DNA of 64,000 nucleotides, taken from positions 64,001 through 128,000 of the forward strand of contig JAYTSD010000020.1 in NCBI GenBank assembly GCA_043745805.1, read 5' to 3'. Shown piece by piece: positions 50,457 through 60,627 of this stretch. Both the position numbers and the translations under genes were made by a program. The stretch comes from Fibrobacteria bacterium. Lineage in GTDB: Bacteria; Fibrobacterota; Fibrobacteria; UBA11236. The notes under the pieces were generated by a model. The model did not search any database, was not told the DNA's origin, and worked only from the letters and a program-made list of their open reading frames with translations. Positions within the stretch are counted from its first letter, which is position 1, and every line of letters begins with the position of its first letter.

Positions 50457-50516
50457 CTTTTCTTTATACTCCTTTTTTGATCTTTAAAGTTATGGGTAAC
50501 ATTTAAAGGAAAACTT

Positions 50517-50547
50517 AAACCCTTCGATGCAAATCGAGGGGTTTTTT
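50517..50547 (+). terminator. Intrinsic terminator (possibly bidirectional)
   Basis: AAACCCTTCGAT-GCAA-ATCGAGGGGTTTTTT between convergent genes. Confidence 0.8.
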
Positions 50548-50590
50548 ATGCCCTGTATTTTGTTTCAGGTTTAATTTTTTTGAAGTTTAA

Positions 50591-51550
50591 TTAAAGCGCA
50601 GGAAAGAAGCAGGCGGCTTGAGTATTATGGCTTGGGCGTAATTGGGGAATATTTACCAAGCATTCCGGTTGCACCTTTGGACAACGACTAGAAAAAGCAC
50701 AGCCTTTAGGTAAATTCACAGGTGAAGGTATTTCGCCCGATAATAATTTGGGTTTGATTTTTCTATCGAGTGTGGGAATAGAGTCCAGCAAGGCTTGGGT
50801 ATAAGGATGTTGCGGCGCAGTGAATAAATCTTCGCATTTGGCCTTCTCTACAATTTTACCCAAATACATTACTTCCACTCTATCGCTAACGGCATGTACC
50901 AAGGATAAATCATGGGAAATAAAAAGCAAGGATAAACCCATTTCTTGTTTTAAGTCGAGAAGCAATTGCATGATTTGCGCTTGCACCGATACATCGAGAG
51001 CCGCCACCACTTCATCACAAACTATGAGTTTAGGTTTAAGGCCAATAGCGCGGGCAATGCCTAAACGTTGTCTTTGTCCTCCGGAAAAAGCATGCGGAAA
51101 ACGGTGCATATAATCGGGAGAGAGTCCAACACGTTGTAACAATGAGGCTACGGTATCTTTTAAATGACTGGGTTCACAAAGCTTGTGGATACGTAAGGGC
51201 TCAGCAATAATTTCAAAAACCGTATGGCGAGGATTCAGCGAAGTATAAGGATCTTGAAAAATAATTTGAAAATCCTTGCGATAAATATCCCAAGCATGCG
51301 GATTAGCAATGTCGATAGAATTTCCATTCAGCCATAAACTACCGGAAGTGATCGGCGTTAGGCCAAGTAAGGAATAACCTAAAGTACTTTTACCACAACC
51401 GCTTTCGCCTACAATGGCCACAATCTCGCCGGTATCCACCGTTAAGCTAACATTATTCACGGCTTTTACTTCGCCGACAACTTTCTTAAAAAGGCCGCCA
51501 TGCACCGGAAAATAGGTATGCAGTTTTTCGGCTTTTAATAAAGTGCTCAT
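50591..51550 (-). CDS. Peptide ABC transporter ATP-binding subunit (OppF/DppF-like)
   Basis: GESGCGKST, FSGGQRQR, HPYTQALL, GCAFSSRCP. Confidence 0.93.
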   Translation of the reverse strand: MSTLLKAEKLHTYFPVHGGLFKKVVGEVKAVNNVSLTVDTGEIVAIVGESGCGKSTLGYSLLGLTPITSGSLWLNGNSIDIANPHAWDIYRKDFQIIFQDPYTSLNPRHTVFEIIAEPLRIHKLCEPSHLKDTVASLLQRVGLSPDYMHRFPHAFSGGQRQRLGIARAIGLKPKLIVCDEVVAALDVSVQAQIMQLLLDLKQEMGLSLLFISHDLSLVHAVSDRVEVMYLGKIVEKAKCEDLFTAPQHPYTQALLDSIPTLDRKIKPKLLSGEIPSPVNLPKGCAFSSRCPKVQPECLVNIPQLRPSHNTQAACFFPAL

Positions 51551-52545
51551 ATCGATTGCTCATTTAAAAAGCAAGCCACATGATGCGCCTTCGCCAAAGG
51601 CAAGGCCACGTTTTGAAAAGTGGGTTGCGAGGAACAGGGTGCAAAAGCTTTAGCGCAGCGATCTTGAAAGCGACAGCCTTGCACATAATCTTTGGGGCGA
51701 GGCACTTGTCCGAGAATAGGATGTAAACCTGTTGGTTTCCCCTTTAATTTAGGCAAAGCCTCTAAAAGTCCTTGAGAGTAAGGATGCAAAGGATGCTGTA
51801 AAACATCTTCTACCGTCCCTTCTTCAATCATGCGACCCGCATACATTACGGCAACTCTATCCGCATATTGGGCGATCAAATTTAAATTATGCGTAATCAT
51901 TAAAATCGCGGTATTAAATTCACTACTTAAGCCAGTTAATAAATCCATAATTTGCGCTTGCACGGTAACATCTAAAGCCGTAGTCGGCTCATCGGCAATA
52001 ATAAAGCTGGGATTTAATAATAAGGCCATGGCTATCATCACTCTTTGTAACATGCCACCGGATAATTCATGCGGATAGGCTTTGAGTATGCGCTTGGGAT
52101 CGGCAATGCCCACTCGGTCGAGCAATTCCAAAATTCTTTTTTCGGAATCACCCGCAAAAGTGTGATACTGAAAAGGTTCGCGCATTTGTTGTTGCACCGT
52201 GTACAGAGGATTAAGTGCTGCACCAGGTTCTTGAAATATCATGGCGATTTCGGATCCCCGTAACTTACGAGTTTCTTCAGCAGATAGCGATAAAATATCC
52301 CGACCTTTATATAAAACCCGACCCGCTAAAACTTTTCCTCCGGGTGAGGGTAACAATTTAAGGAGTGACAAGGCGGTTACGGTTTTGCCACACCCACTTT
52401 CACCTACTAGTCCATAAATTTCGCCCGGATAAATTTCAAAATTCACCCCTTCGGTAATAGCAATTACGCCGCTTTTAGTGTCAGCATTAGCAAAGCCTAA
52501 GGATAAGTTCTCCACTTTTAATAAGGGCACTTTTATTTCGTTCAT
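51547..52545 (-). CDS. Peptide ABC transporter ATP-binding subunit (OppD/DppD-like)
   Basis: [36 protein letters not shown]. Confidence 0.93.
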   Translation of the reverse strand: MNEIKVPLLKVENLSLGFANADTKSGVIAITEGVNFEIYPGEIYGLVGESGCGKTVTALSLLKLLPSPGGKVLAGRVLYKGRDILSLSAEETRKLRGSEIAMIFQEPGAALNPLYTVQQQMREPFQYHTFAGDSEKRILELLDRVGIADPKRILKAYPHELSGGMLQRVMIAMALLLNPSFIIADEPTTALDVTVQAQIMDLLTGLSSEFNTAILMITHNLNLIAQYADRVAVMYAGRMIEEGTVEDVLQHPLHPYSQGLLEALPKLKGKPTGLHPILGQVPRPKDYVQGCRFQDRCAKAFAPCSSQPTFQNVALPLAKAHHVACFLNEQSI

Positions 52546-53588
52546 CCTGCTATCCTTTGTCCGGATTTAGGATCGAATGCTTCGCGCACGCCTTCGCCAA
52601 TAAAGGTAGCCAACATGAGAGTGATGAATAAAGCCATTACCGTGGAAAAAGCTATCCAAGGAGCGTGTAGGTTTTGTAAACCTTGGCTTAGCATTTCTCC
52701 CCAAGAAGGTGTGGGAGGCGGTAAACCGAAACCCAAAAAGTCGAGTGCGGTTAATGACGAAATACCACCGATTAATGAGAAGGGCATTATGGTAATAACC
52801 GGCGTTAAAGCATTGGGTAAAATTTGTTTGAAAAATATTCGCATGCGGCTAAAACCTAAAGCCTTTGCGGCGCGCACATAAGTGAGACTTTTTAGTTTAT
52901 AGAATTCGCCACGCATATAATACGATAAGCCTACCCATTCAAACAGCGACATAATGCCAATTAATAAAGCGAGGCTGCGGCCATAAATAGATCCCAATAA
53001 TATTACCACATATAAAAAGGGCAAGGATGTCCAAATCTCAATAAGCCGCTGCATCAACAAATCCACTTTGCCACCCAGATAACCTTGCACTCCTCCGATA
53101 ATAATTCCGAGTATTCCTCCCGAAAGCATAAGCAATAAAGCGAATACCATGCACATTCGAAAGCCATAAAGCAAGCGTGCAAAAACATCACGTGCTGAAT
53201 TGTCGGTGCCTAACCAATGCGCAGCCGAGGGCGCATGCGGAGGATTGCCCGCTAAATCAAGATTGGTGCGTAAAGGTCCATAATGAATAATGGGAAAAAT
53301 CATCCAGCCTTTTTGCGCTTGAAAATGTTTGTCTTGTTGTAAAAGAATATAATCCGCTTCGGTTTTATAAGCGCCGCCAAAAATTTCTTCCGGATAAAAT
53401 TTTATAATGGGGAAATAATAATGGTCGGTATATTTTAAAATTAAAGGTTTATCATTGGCGATAAATTCACTAAAGAGCGAAAGCAAAAAGGCAATGGCGA
53501 GTATCCATAATGAAAAATAGGCGCGACGAATTTTTTTGAAATTATGAAAGCGTTCTTGGGTAAGTTCAGAAATCTGCAATAATCCCAC
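52542..53588 (-). CDS. Peptide ABC transporter permease (YejE-like)
   Basis: IANDKPL, HWLGTDNSARDVFARLLYGFR, LDFLGFGLPPPTPSWG, GEGVREAFDP. Confidence 0.92.
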   Translation of the reverse strand: MGLLQISELTQERFHNFKKIRRAYFSLWILAIAFLLSLFSEFIANDKPLILKYTDHYYFPIIKFYPEEIFGGAYKTEADYILLQQDKHFQAQKGWMIFPIIHYGPLRTNLDLAGNPPHAPSAAHWLGTDNSARDVFARLLYGFRMCMVFALLLMLSGGILGIIIGGVQGYLGGKVDLLMQRLIEIWTSLPFLYVVILLGSIYGRSLALLIGIMSLFEWVGLSYYMRGEFYKLKSLTYVRAAKALGFSRMRIFFKQILPNALTPVITIMPFSLIGGISSLTALDFLGFGLPPPTPSWGEMLSQGLQNLHAPWIAFSTVMALFITLMLATFIGEGVREAFDPKSGQRIAG

Positions 53589-53631
53589 GCTTAATCCCTA
53601 ACCTGCAAAACCATTATTAATCGAACTTGCA

Positions 53632-54645
53632 TTAGCTAAGACGAATACGGGGATCGGCCCAAACATAAAGTATATCCGAAAGTAGGCGTCCCATAAGGGC
53701 CAAAATACTGGTTAACAGAATGATTCCCATCACCACATTATAATCACGGTTGACCGTAGAATTATAAATCAATAAACCCATACCATCGATATCAAATACT
53801 TTTTCAATGAGCACCGAGCTACCAATAACCATTAAGAAAATATCTCCAGCACGTGTCGCTAAAGGAATTAAGGCATTACGAAAAGCATGTTTCCAAACGG
53901 CTCTTTTAAAAGAAGCGCCTTTAACCAAAGCCGTGCGCATATAATCTTTATGCATTTCTTCGAGTAAAGAGTTTTTAATCATCATGGTTAAAAAAGCAAA
54001 TTCACCCAACATAAAACAAAACATGGGTAAAAACATATGATGAAGAAAATCGATCAATTTACCCCAAGCGGAAAACTCTTCAAAATTATCACTCACAATT
54101 CCACTAATAGGAAACCAATTCCAGTAACTGCCGCCGCCAAATAAAATAATCAGCAGAATACCTACCACATAACCCGGAATCACATAGCCAGTAAAAATAA
54201 ATAGAGAGCTAATAGTGTCAAATTTTTTACCATGATATAGCGCTTTAAAATACCCCAAAGGAATGCATACTAAATTGGAAATAAGCAAAGAGGTGAGGCC
54301 TATAAAAAAAGAAATAGGAAGTTTACTTAAAATCACATTCCAAACAGGTTCGCGATAGGTGTACGATACACCTAAATCGAGTACACAAATTTTTTTCAGC
54401 CAACGATAATATCGAACCGGAGCCGGTTGATCAAAGCCAAAATAAGTTTTGATATTTTCCACTTCTTCCGCGGTAATATTATGCTGCGCATTCATGCCTT
54501 TTTCTCCGCCTACCGAACGAATACGCGCAATCATATCTTCTACTGGCCCACCGGGCACAAATTGAATGAGGGTAAAGCAAATTAAAGAAATGCCAAATAA
54601 AGTCGGCACAATCAATAATAAGCGTCGAAGAATATAATCTTTCAA
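53632..54645 (-). CDS. Peptide ABC transporter permease (YejB-like)
   Basis: YILRRLLLIVPTLFGI, QFVPGGPVE, KHAFRNALIP, DPRI. Confidence 0.92.
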   Translation of the reverse strand: MKDYILRRLLLIVPTLFGISLICFTLIQFVPGGPVEDMIARIRSVGGEKGMNAQHNITAEEVENIKTYFGFDQPAPVRYYRWLKKICVLDLGVSYTYREPVWNVILSKLPISFFIGLTSLLISNLVCIPLGYFKALYHGKKFDTISSLFIFTGYVIPGYVVGILLIILFGGGSYWNWFPISGIVSDNFEEFSAWGKLIDFLHHMFLPMFCFMLGEFAFLTMMIKNSLLEEMHKDYMRTALVKGASFKRAVWKHAFRNALIPLATRAGDIFLMVIGSSVLIEKVFDIDGMGLLIYNSTVNRDYNVVMGIILLTSILALMGRLLSDILYVWADPRIRLS

Positions 54646-54709
54646 AAAATCCTTAATTTAATTGAGTTAATCTTAATGTTTTGCATTAATAGAAGCTTTA
54701 AAAATAAGT

Positions 54710-56506
54710 TTAATGAAAATGCACATCCATAGGTTCTAAGGGTAAACTTTTGTCGCTTTGCATCGCTTCGGCTAAAGTTTTTTCCTTGACGGTATCTTTA
54801 TACCAATAGGTAATGATTTTTTCTTCGCCACCGAATTTGTCTAATCCATTTTTAGGTATGCCAAATTTATTCCAATACAGAATCCGTTTATGATCGATTT
54901 GCCAAAGTAATACATAAGGAATAACCTTATCGAGGCGATTGTCAATTTGTTTTAAAATTTCATTGCGCTTACCTAAATCCATTTCGCTTTTTTGTAATTC
55001 AATTAAACTATCAATAGCCTTATCTTTTACGCCAGGATAATTATTGGTGGCCACTTCATCCGCCGTTTTAGAATGCCAATTGGTTTCGGGATCGCGCAAA
55101 CGTCCACTTCCCCATGCCGCCCAGTACATGTCGAAATCATGATTGTCGATACGCTTCACTAAAGTGGAATTGGAAAGCTGTTCGATTTTAGCATCGATAC
55201 CTACTTTTTTTAAATCCTCTAAATAAACATTCAAATGGCGTAAGTCCACGCTTTGTGTGGGAATAGTGAGCGAAAATTTTTTCCCACCTTTTGCCAAAAT
55301 ACCATCGCCTCCCACTTTCCAACCGGCTTCTGCTAAAAGCGCGCGAGCCTTTTCAGGATTATAATGGCGTAAAGGACTATCGGGATTGCTGTTATTAGGA
55401 AATAAATCGGGAGAATAAGAATTGAGTAAGAAGTATTCATTATGCATGAGTTTTTCATTCATGAGTTCACGATTAATTAAAAAGCATAAAGCCTCACGCA
55501 CATTGCGATCTTGAAAGAGTGGGCGACGTAAATTTAAAGCAAAGCCTTGAAAGCCAATAGGCTCATGGTTGAAAATCCTTTGCTTAATCACCCAACCTTT
55601 TTTTATTTGATCGAAATCCGTTTGATCCGCCCAAATTTTTGCCGTGTAAACCGGAAAAATATCGAAGTCCCCTTTTTTAAAGGCCTCTAATACTTTCACT
55701 TGATCTTCCATAAATTTAAAATGAATGGATGCAAAATTATATTTGAAACGATTGTACTTTTTGGCAAAACCCCACCAATCACTGCGGCGCTTAATGGTAA
55801 TGGAGCGTTCTTTTTTCACTTCACCCAAAATATAAGGGCCGTTCACCACGGGGAAATCAAAATTGATTTGATTGAAATCCATTTTCTCCCAAATATGTTT
55901 GGGGAAAGCAATTAAACCTCCCGCTTCCCAAAAGTTTTTCCAATGCACTTGATTCGCCTTAATGCGAATAGTTTGCGCATCCACCACTTCTGGCCTATCA
56001 AAGCGGCTAAGGCCCACACGATATACGGAGGTTAAATTTTTTGGATTCATCATTACATCATAATAGAATTGCACATCTTCGGCGGTTACCGGTTTGCCAT
56101 CGCTCCATTTGGCACGCGTATCGATATGAAAAGTAAAAGTTTTTTTGTCTTCGCTAATTTTCCAGGTATCGGCTAAGTTACCCATAACACTGTCATTTAC
56201 AGAATTCAATTCCACCAAGGATTGAAACATTAAGCTCATAATTTGGTCGGCAAAACTATTGCTTTCGAGCCACACATTAATCGACTTAGGAAAACTAAAG
56301 CCCCAAGCATTATAAACACCACCTGGAACAGCATTCACATTCGCAATAGGATCCAAAGCACCGGCTGAATCGACAGCCACAATAATAGCGGAAGAGTTAT
56401 CGCTATTTTGGGAGGATTCTTTTTTTTGACAAGCCGTTTGACCCAACATTAAAATCAAGGCACCTAATAGGCCAATGGATTTCCAGGAAGTACTTTGCAT
56501 TTTCAC
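54710..56506 (-). CDS. Peptide ABC transporter substrate-binding lipoprotein (SBP family 5, YejA-like)
   Basis: Lipobox QTAC; WSDGKPVTAEDV, NGPY, NLRRPLFQDRNVREAL. Confidence 0.92.
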   Translation of the reverse strand: MKMQSTSWKSIGLLGALILMLGQTACQKKESSQNSDNSSAIIVAVDSAGALDPIANVNAVPGGVYNAWGFSFPKSINVWLESNSFADQIMSLMFQSLVELNSVNDSVMGNLADTWKISEDKKTFTFHIDTRAKWSDGKPVTAEDVQFYYDVMMNPKNLTSVYRVGLSRFDRPEVVDAQTIRIKANQVHWKNFWEAGGLIAFPKHIWEKMDFNQINFDFPVVNGPYILGEVKKERSITIKRRSDWWGFAKKYNRFKYNFASIHFKFMEDQVKVLEAFKKGDFDIFPVYTAKIWADQTDFDQIKKGWVIKQRIFNHEPIGFQGFALNLRRPLFQDRNVREALCFLINRELMNEKLMHNEYFLLNSYSPDLFPNNSNPDSPLRHYNPEKARALLAEAGWKVGGDGILAKGGKKFSLTIPTQSVDLRHLNVYLEDLKKVGIDAKIEQLSNSTLVKRIDNHDFDMYWAAWGSGRLRDPETNWHSKTADEVATNNYPGVKDKAIDSLIELQKSEMDLGKRNEILKQIDNRLDKVIPYVLLWQIDHKRILYWNKFGIPKNGLDKFGGEEKIITYWYKDTVKEKTLAEAMQSDKSLPLEPMDVHFH

Positions 56507-56661
56507 CCTCTTTATTTCCCATTTTTAGGAAGAATTCAATGTAGAACCTTTCCGGTTTTAGGAAAAGTGCGAAGCGATGAAACCTCGGAGGAATTTTGTT
56601 TTTAGGTCAAATAAAGTAGTATCCCTACTTAGAAAAGGAATGGAGGCTTTGGCAGGTAAAG

Positions 56662-56689
56662 TTTAGGTGTTCAAATTTAAACACCTAAA
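56662..56689 (-). terminator. Hairpin just downstream of the pentapeptide-repeat gene (probable terminator)
   Basis: TTTAGGTGTT-N8-AACACCTAAA, 7 nt after the stop codon. Confidence 0.55.
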
Positions 56690-56696
56690 GAAAAAA

Positions 56697-56999
56697 CTAA
56701 ATTTCTTCGGGCAATACAATACCAACTAAATGAACGCCGACATCGCCTTGTCCAATTCCTTGAACATTAAAACCATTTGGGTGCATTCCTTGTACGCTAA
56801 AGCCATTACTAGCTAAACCTTGAGGACTAAAACCATTACTAGCTAAACCTTGTGGATTAAAACCTTGAACATTCATTCCTTGCACACTCATACCATTAAG
56901 ACTAATGCCTTGTGGGCTCATCCCATTGGTAGCTATTCGTGCATTGCATAATGAAGCTCCGGCTAATAATAAAGAAAGAGAAATAGAAAACAAATTCAT
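56697..56999 (-). CDS. Small secreted protein with 12 tandem xx[NQ]G-hydrophobic pentapeptides
   Basis: CAGGAG SD; signal peptide ending SLCNA; ATNGM-SPQGI-SLNGM-SVQGM-NVQGF-NPQGL-ASNGF-SPQGL-ASNGF-SVQGM-HPNGF-NVQGI. Confidence 0.85.
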   Translation of the reverse strand: MNLFSISLSLLLAGASLCNARIATNGMSPQGISLNGMSVQGMNVQGFNPQGLASNGFSPQGLASNGFSVQGMHPNGFNVQGIGQGDVGVHLVGIVLPEEI

Positions 57000-57151
57000 A
57001 AATACTCCTGGTGATAAAGTTTTTTTTGGAAAGGATAATTTCCTTTCCGTATTAATAATGTTTATTTGCGCCTATTATCACAAGTACTTACGAAAAATAG
57101 GGATAAAAATTAAGGCCAACTCGGCTTCAATTAAAAGCGTTATACAGATTT

Positions 57152-58006
57152 TTATTTGGAGCGATTGAAAAGAATACCAAGACCTTTACCTATAGTATCG
57201 GAAGGAATTTTCATTTTGGAATAGCGTTCGGGACACTCTTTTTCGATATCGGCCAAAGTGGCCACATCTTGCAAACGGGTTTTTTTCAAATAGGCCGCAC
57301 CATCGGGTGCCCAAGCGGCTTCGAATAAAAAGCCTGCTGGTTGCGGAAAATCCTCAGTTTGTATTTTATAAATATCCCAAAATTCAATTAGGGTTCCGTT
57401 TTTGGTATGCGGGACTCCGTCTCCACAATAGTCCGCTCTTACCATATGGGAGCAAGCTGAAAATAAAGGTTGTAAAGATTGGCCACCTTTAGCATGGCCC
57501 CAAGGAGGGTAACCAAAGAGTATGCATTTTCCTCCTGCTCCACTAGTGCAGTTAATGGACAAGTTAGTAGAATCGTTAACATGATTTCCTTTGGCATCAT
57601 AATAGCCAGGCATTACAAAGGCGCGTTTTCGCCCACGCTTATCTTCTTCGCAACTATTAACCCAGTGGCCAATAGAGTCAGGAGACGAAAAAACATAAAT
57701 CCATCCGTTAAAAACTGAATCTTGATATGGAATAATACTGTCAATGCGAAATTGCCGCAAGCCGCCTAAATCGTCGTAGCCTACTATAACTGCACCAATT
57801 AATTTTTTATCCTCCACGTAACGTCCTTGTTTCCCCATCACGCGTATGCGCCCTTGTTCCAAAATAATTGGACGTATTTTGGAGGCTGGTTTTGGGTTTT
57901 GTATTGTGGTTGCAGGTGAAACTGTAGTGGTGCTGTCGGCATTACTATACGACATATTTGAAATAAGCAGGATAAGCATTAAGCTAAGGGCTTGGAAGAT
58001 TTTCAT
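57152..58006 (-). CDS. Secreted ADYC-domain protein
   Basis: Signal peptide; CTSGAGGKC..GYPPW, ACSHMVRADYCGDG, TKNGTLI, FEAAWAPDGA. Confidence 0.8.
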   Translation of the reverse strand: MKIFQALSLMLILLISNMSYSNADSTTTVSPATTIQNPKPASKIRPIILEQGRIRVMGKQGRYVEDKKLIGAVIVGYDDLGGLRQFRIDSIIPYQDSVFNGWIYVFSSPDSIGHWVNSCEEDKRGRKRAFVMPGYYDAKGNHVNDSTNLSINCTSGAGGKCILFGYPPWGHAKGGQSLQPLFSACSHMVRADYCGDGVPHTKNGTLIEFWDIYKIQTEDFPQPAGFLFEAAWAPDGAAYLKKTRLQDVATLADIEKECPERYSKMKIPSDTIGKGLGILFNRSK

Positions 58007-58025
58007 AGGAGGATAAAATAGATTT

Positions 58026-59069
58026 TTAATAAGTAAGACTACAAGACAAACCTGCTAACCAAAAAGTACTGGATGTTTTTGCCGCTAAATCAAATCCGTA
58101 TTCTCCATGAGAATCCAAATCAAGCCAAGAATTTACTGAATAGGTATAAGCAAAAGAATTAGTTAATGTGCGTTGTACCGTAACGGAGGATTTCTTTATT
58201 TTGCCTAGGACGCCGGACTTTGTGGACGGCGTTATATAGGCGTCTAAGCCGGAAGAAATAGTGAATACATGCTTCCCCAAAGTCCATTCGAGTTCGGCAC
58301 TACCGCCCATTCCATGTGTTAATTCAGTAGTAGATACCACTAAACAAGAACCATCTTTTCCAAATCGTGAACAAGTTCCTGAAAGCGAGTCCATTTTTTG
58401 TTGACTTCCATAAACTCGGCTGCTAAACACAAAATCATCCCAATCTTTTTCTATAGATAAAGATAAAGTTACCGTGTGATAAGCTCCGATAAAACCATCA
58501 TAAGCTAAAGCAGGAGTTAAACTCAAGGTGCTATCGTCATCCAAATAAAATTCTTTTCCAACTTTACCTCCTAACGTCGTACTCCATGTGGCTGCGGATT
58601 GTATGGTTTCTTGGCGGCTTAATGAGTTATAAATAAAATTCGCATAGTTCCTTCCAGTATAAACACTCAAAGAAAATCCCGACCAAATATATTTGAGCGA
58701 AGCGCTTGCATTTCCTTCGACAATTTGCCACGATTTTATTTTTGTATCCGTAGAAAAATTCATACTTTCCGAGAAGCGATGTTTCCCCAAAACTTGTCGA
58801 AAACTGACTGCCGCAGCATTTTGTAAACGCGGTCCCTTATAAGATGCCTGCCCATTGCCATTTTCAATTCCATTAGTTGTGGAGAGTGTATAAGGACGTC
58901 TAGGAGAGAATATTTCCGTTTCCGACGCGGTTTCGGAATTCGAAGCGGAAGAATCGAGGGAATCTTGAGCTTGACAAAATGTGGAATTTACTAATCCCAA
59001 CCAGAGGAAAATAAAAATCGAATAAGCAAAGGATATTTGCAAAAGACCTCTTAATGTAAAATGTTTCAA
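58026..59069 (-). CDS. Putative outer-membrane beta-barrel protein
   Basis: Signal peptide; S/T/aromatic-rich amphipathic strands; C-terminal LAGLSCSLTY. Confidence 0.6.
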   Translation of the reverse strand: MKHFTLRGLLQISFAYSIFIFLWLGLVNSTFCQAQDSLDSSASNSETASETEIFSPRRPYTLSTTNGIENGNGQASYKGPRLQNAAAVSFRQVLGKHRFSESMNFSTDTKIKSWQIVEGNASASLKYIWSGFSLSVYTGRNYANFIYNSLSRQETIQSAATWSTTLGGKVGKEFYLDDDSTLSLTPALAYDGFIGAYHTVTLSLSIEKDWDDFVFSSRVYGSQQKMDSLSGTCSRFGKDGSCLVVSTTELTHGMGGSAELEWTLGKHVFTISSGLDAYITPSTKSGVLGKIKKSSVTVQRTLTNSFAYTYSVNSWLDLDSHGEYGFDLAAKTSSTFWLAGLSCSLTY

Positions 59070-59623
59070 TGTTGTTTTTTCTCAAAACGAAGTTGTTTTT
59101 GTTCGGCTCTTTGTTCTTTGCGCTCAAGCTTTCGTTCTTGCTTTTCTTGACGCATTTCTTCTCTTCTTTCGCGACGCAATTCGCGATGTTTAGCTTGAAT
59201 TTCTGTTGCCTTTTGATGTTGGGCGGGAGTAAGGTTAGAAAGAAATTGACTCCAAGATTCTATTTTTAATTTGGTGATTTTTTTATCGGTTTCTCCAATT
59301 TTTTCCCCAATTTTTGTGGCCTCACTCTTATTCACTGGATTGACGGCAAAAACATTTTTTAAATCCAATTCGAGTTGTGCCTTTTCACTTTGTAATTGAA
59401 TTTTTTTCTTCTGATTTTGCAAAAAGGATTCACGCAAATTTTGTTTTTGATCAGGAGTAAGGGCTAATTCGTCTATCAATTTTGGATTAATATTGTCGTT
59501 TCCTTGAGCGGTACTTGCTTCATCATTGCTTGAGGTAATTTCAGCAGATGAGGAATTTTTTTTCTCTGCATACACACTTATGGCTAGCATGAGCATTAGT
59601 ACAATGAGTAATTGCTTTTTCAT
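59066..59623 (-). CDS. Spy/CpxP-like periplasmic protein
   Basis: Signal peptide; two LTxxQ motifs (LALTPDQ, NLTPAQ); charged helical tail. Confidence 0.8.
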   Translation of the reverse strand: MKKQLLIVLMLMLAISVYAEKKNSSSAEITSSNDEASTAQGNDNINPKLIDELALTPDQKQNLRESFLQNQKKKIQLQSEKAQLELDLKNVFAVNPVNKSEATKIGEKIGETDKKITKLKIESWSQFLSNLTPAQHQKATEIQAKHRELRRERREEMRQEKQERKLERKEQRAEQKQLRFEKKQH

Positions 59624-59634
59624 AAAAATTCTCC

Positions 59635-60021
59635 TTAGTTCAGTATTTCGGATTTTGTATCCGATTCATTTAAGTCATCAAAAATTTTATCCGCTAATTC
59701 TTTTTCTTCGTCGGACTGTAATTCCACATCGCCTAAATCGGCATTCCAAGCAATGAGCTCCGAATCGACAAAAGAATTAAGCGTAGCCTCTTGAGGTAAC
59801 ACCGAAGTATTTGCTACCTGCTTTAACATAAAACCAAGAGCGAGTATTCCTGCAAAAAGAGTAATGGAAGCCGCTAATCGATAAGTTGGTTTTTCCCACC
59901 ACGAATGCAAGGGCTTTACGGATGTAGAGGGACTTCCAAGCTTTGCCTCGATTTCATTCCAAAGGCCAGCACGAGGAGTGAGTCTTTCGGAGGTTTCGAA
60001 TAATTTTTTAAGCTTGGACAT
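59635..60021 (-). CDS. Putative anti-sigma factor (single TM)
   Basis: LWNEIEAKL, then TM RLAASITLFAGILALGFML; overlaps the sigma gene stop. Confidence 0.7.
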   Translation of the reverse strand: MSKLKKLFETSERLTPRAGLWNEIEAKLGSPSTSVKPLHSWWEKPTYRLAASITLFAGILALGFMLKQVANTSVLPQEATLNSFVDSELIAWNADLGDVELQSDEEKELADKIFDDLNESDTKSEILN

Positions 60022-60559
60022 ATTCCGATTCCTTTTCCAACAATTCCTTTAATCGAGTCCTTGCTCTGGAAAGTTTTGCTTTAATTGTTCCCTCAGGAAA
60101 ATTGAATGTTTTTGCTAATTCGTGCAAGGGAACACCTTCCCCATCCTTGAGCCAAAGCAGAGATCTCGTTTCCGGATCTAAAACCGCCAAAGCCTTGTTT
60201 AGTAAATCTTGAACTTCATAAGATGCATTTTGATCTTGAGGAATAATGTCCTCAACATTTTCCGTTTCTAATTTAAAACGGTTATTCGCCTGTTGTAGTC
60301 GAGTCAAACACATATTATGCGCCATTCTGTATAACCAAGTTCCGAGACCGCTTTCGGCTCGATAAGAGCTTATAACTTCAGGAAGTTTCAAAAACAGATC
60401 CTGTAAAATATCTTCGGCTTGTTCGCGAGAAAGTAGGATTCGATAACATTGATTGAGGATGCGTTTTGAAAAATTTTCGTAAATCCATTGCAAACCCTCC
60501 AAGTTCCCATCTTTTAGCAAATTAATACTTTTTTTTTCGGGACTAAACCAAAGCGTCAT
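60008..60559 (-). CDS. ECF RNA polymerase sigma factor
   Basis: AEDILQDLF, LGTWLYRMAHN, PEGTIKAKLSRAR. Confidence 0.92.
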   Translation of the reverse strand: MTLWFSPEKKSINLLKDGNLEGLQWIYENFSKRILNQCYRILLSREQAEDILQDLFLKLPEVISSYRAESGLGTWLYRMAHNMCLTRLQQANNRFKLETENVEDIIPQDQNASYEVQDLLNKALAVLDPETRSLLWLKDGEGVPLHELAKTFNFPEGTIKAKLSRARTRLKELLEKESEYVQA

Positions 60560-60575
60560 TTTTTTTGCATCCTAA

Positions 60576-60602
60576 ATAATCCTAGAGTGTATCTAGGATT
60601 AT
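60576..60602. other. Intergenic hairpin between the heptad-repeat gene and the sigma gene
   Basis: ATAATCCTAGA-GTGTA-TCTAGGATTAT, perfect 11-bp stem. Confidence 0.55.
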
Positions 60603-60627
60603 CCATTTTTAAAAGGATAAGTTCCTC

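Noticed and set aside
56697-56999. RiPP precursor interpretation of the repeat protein
   Set aside because: It has a Sec-type signal peptide, and no recognisable modifying enzyme or peptidase-transporter is nearby; not fully excluded if ADYC is catalytic
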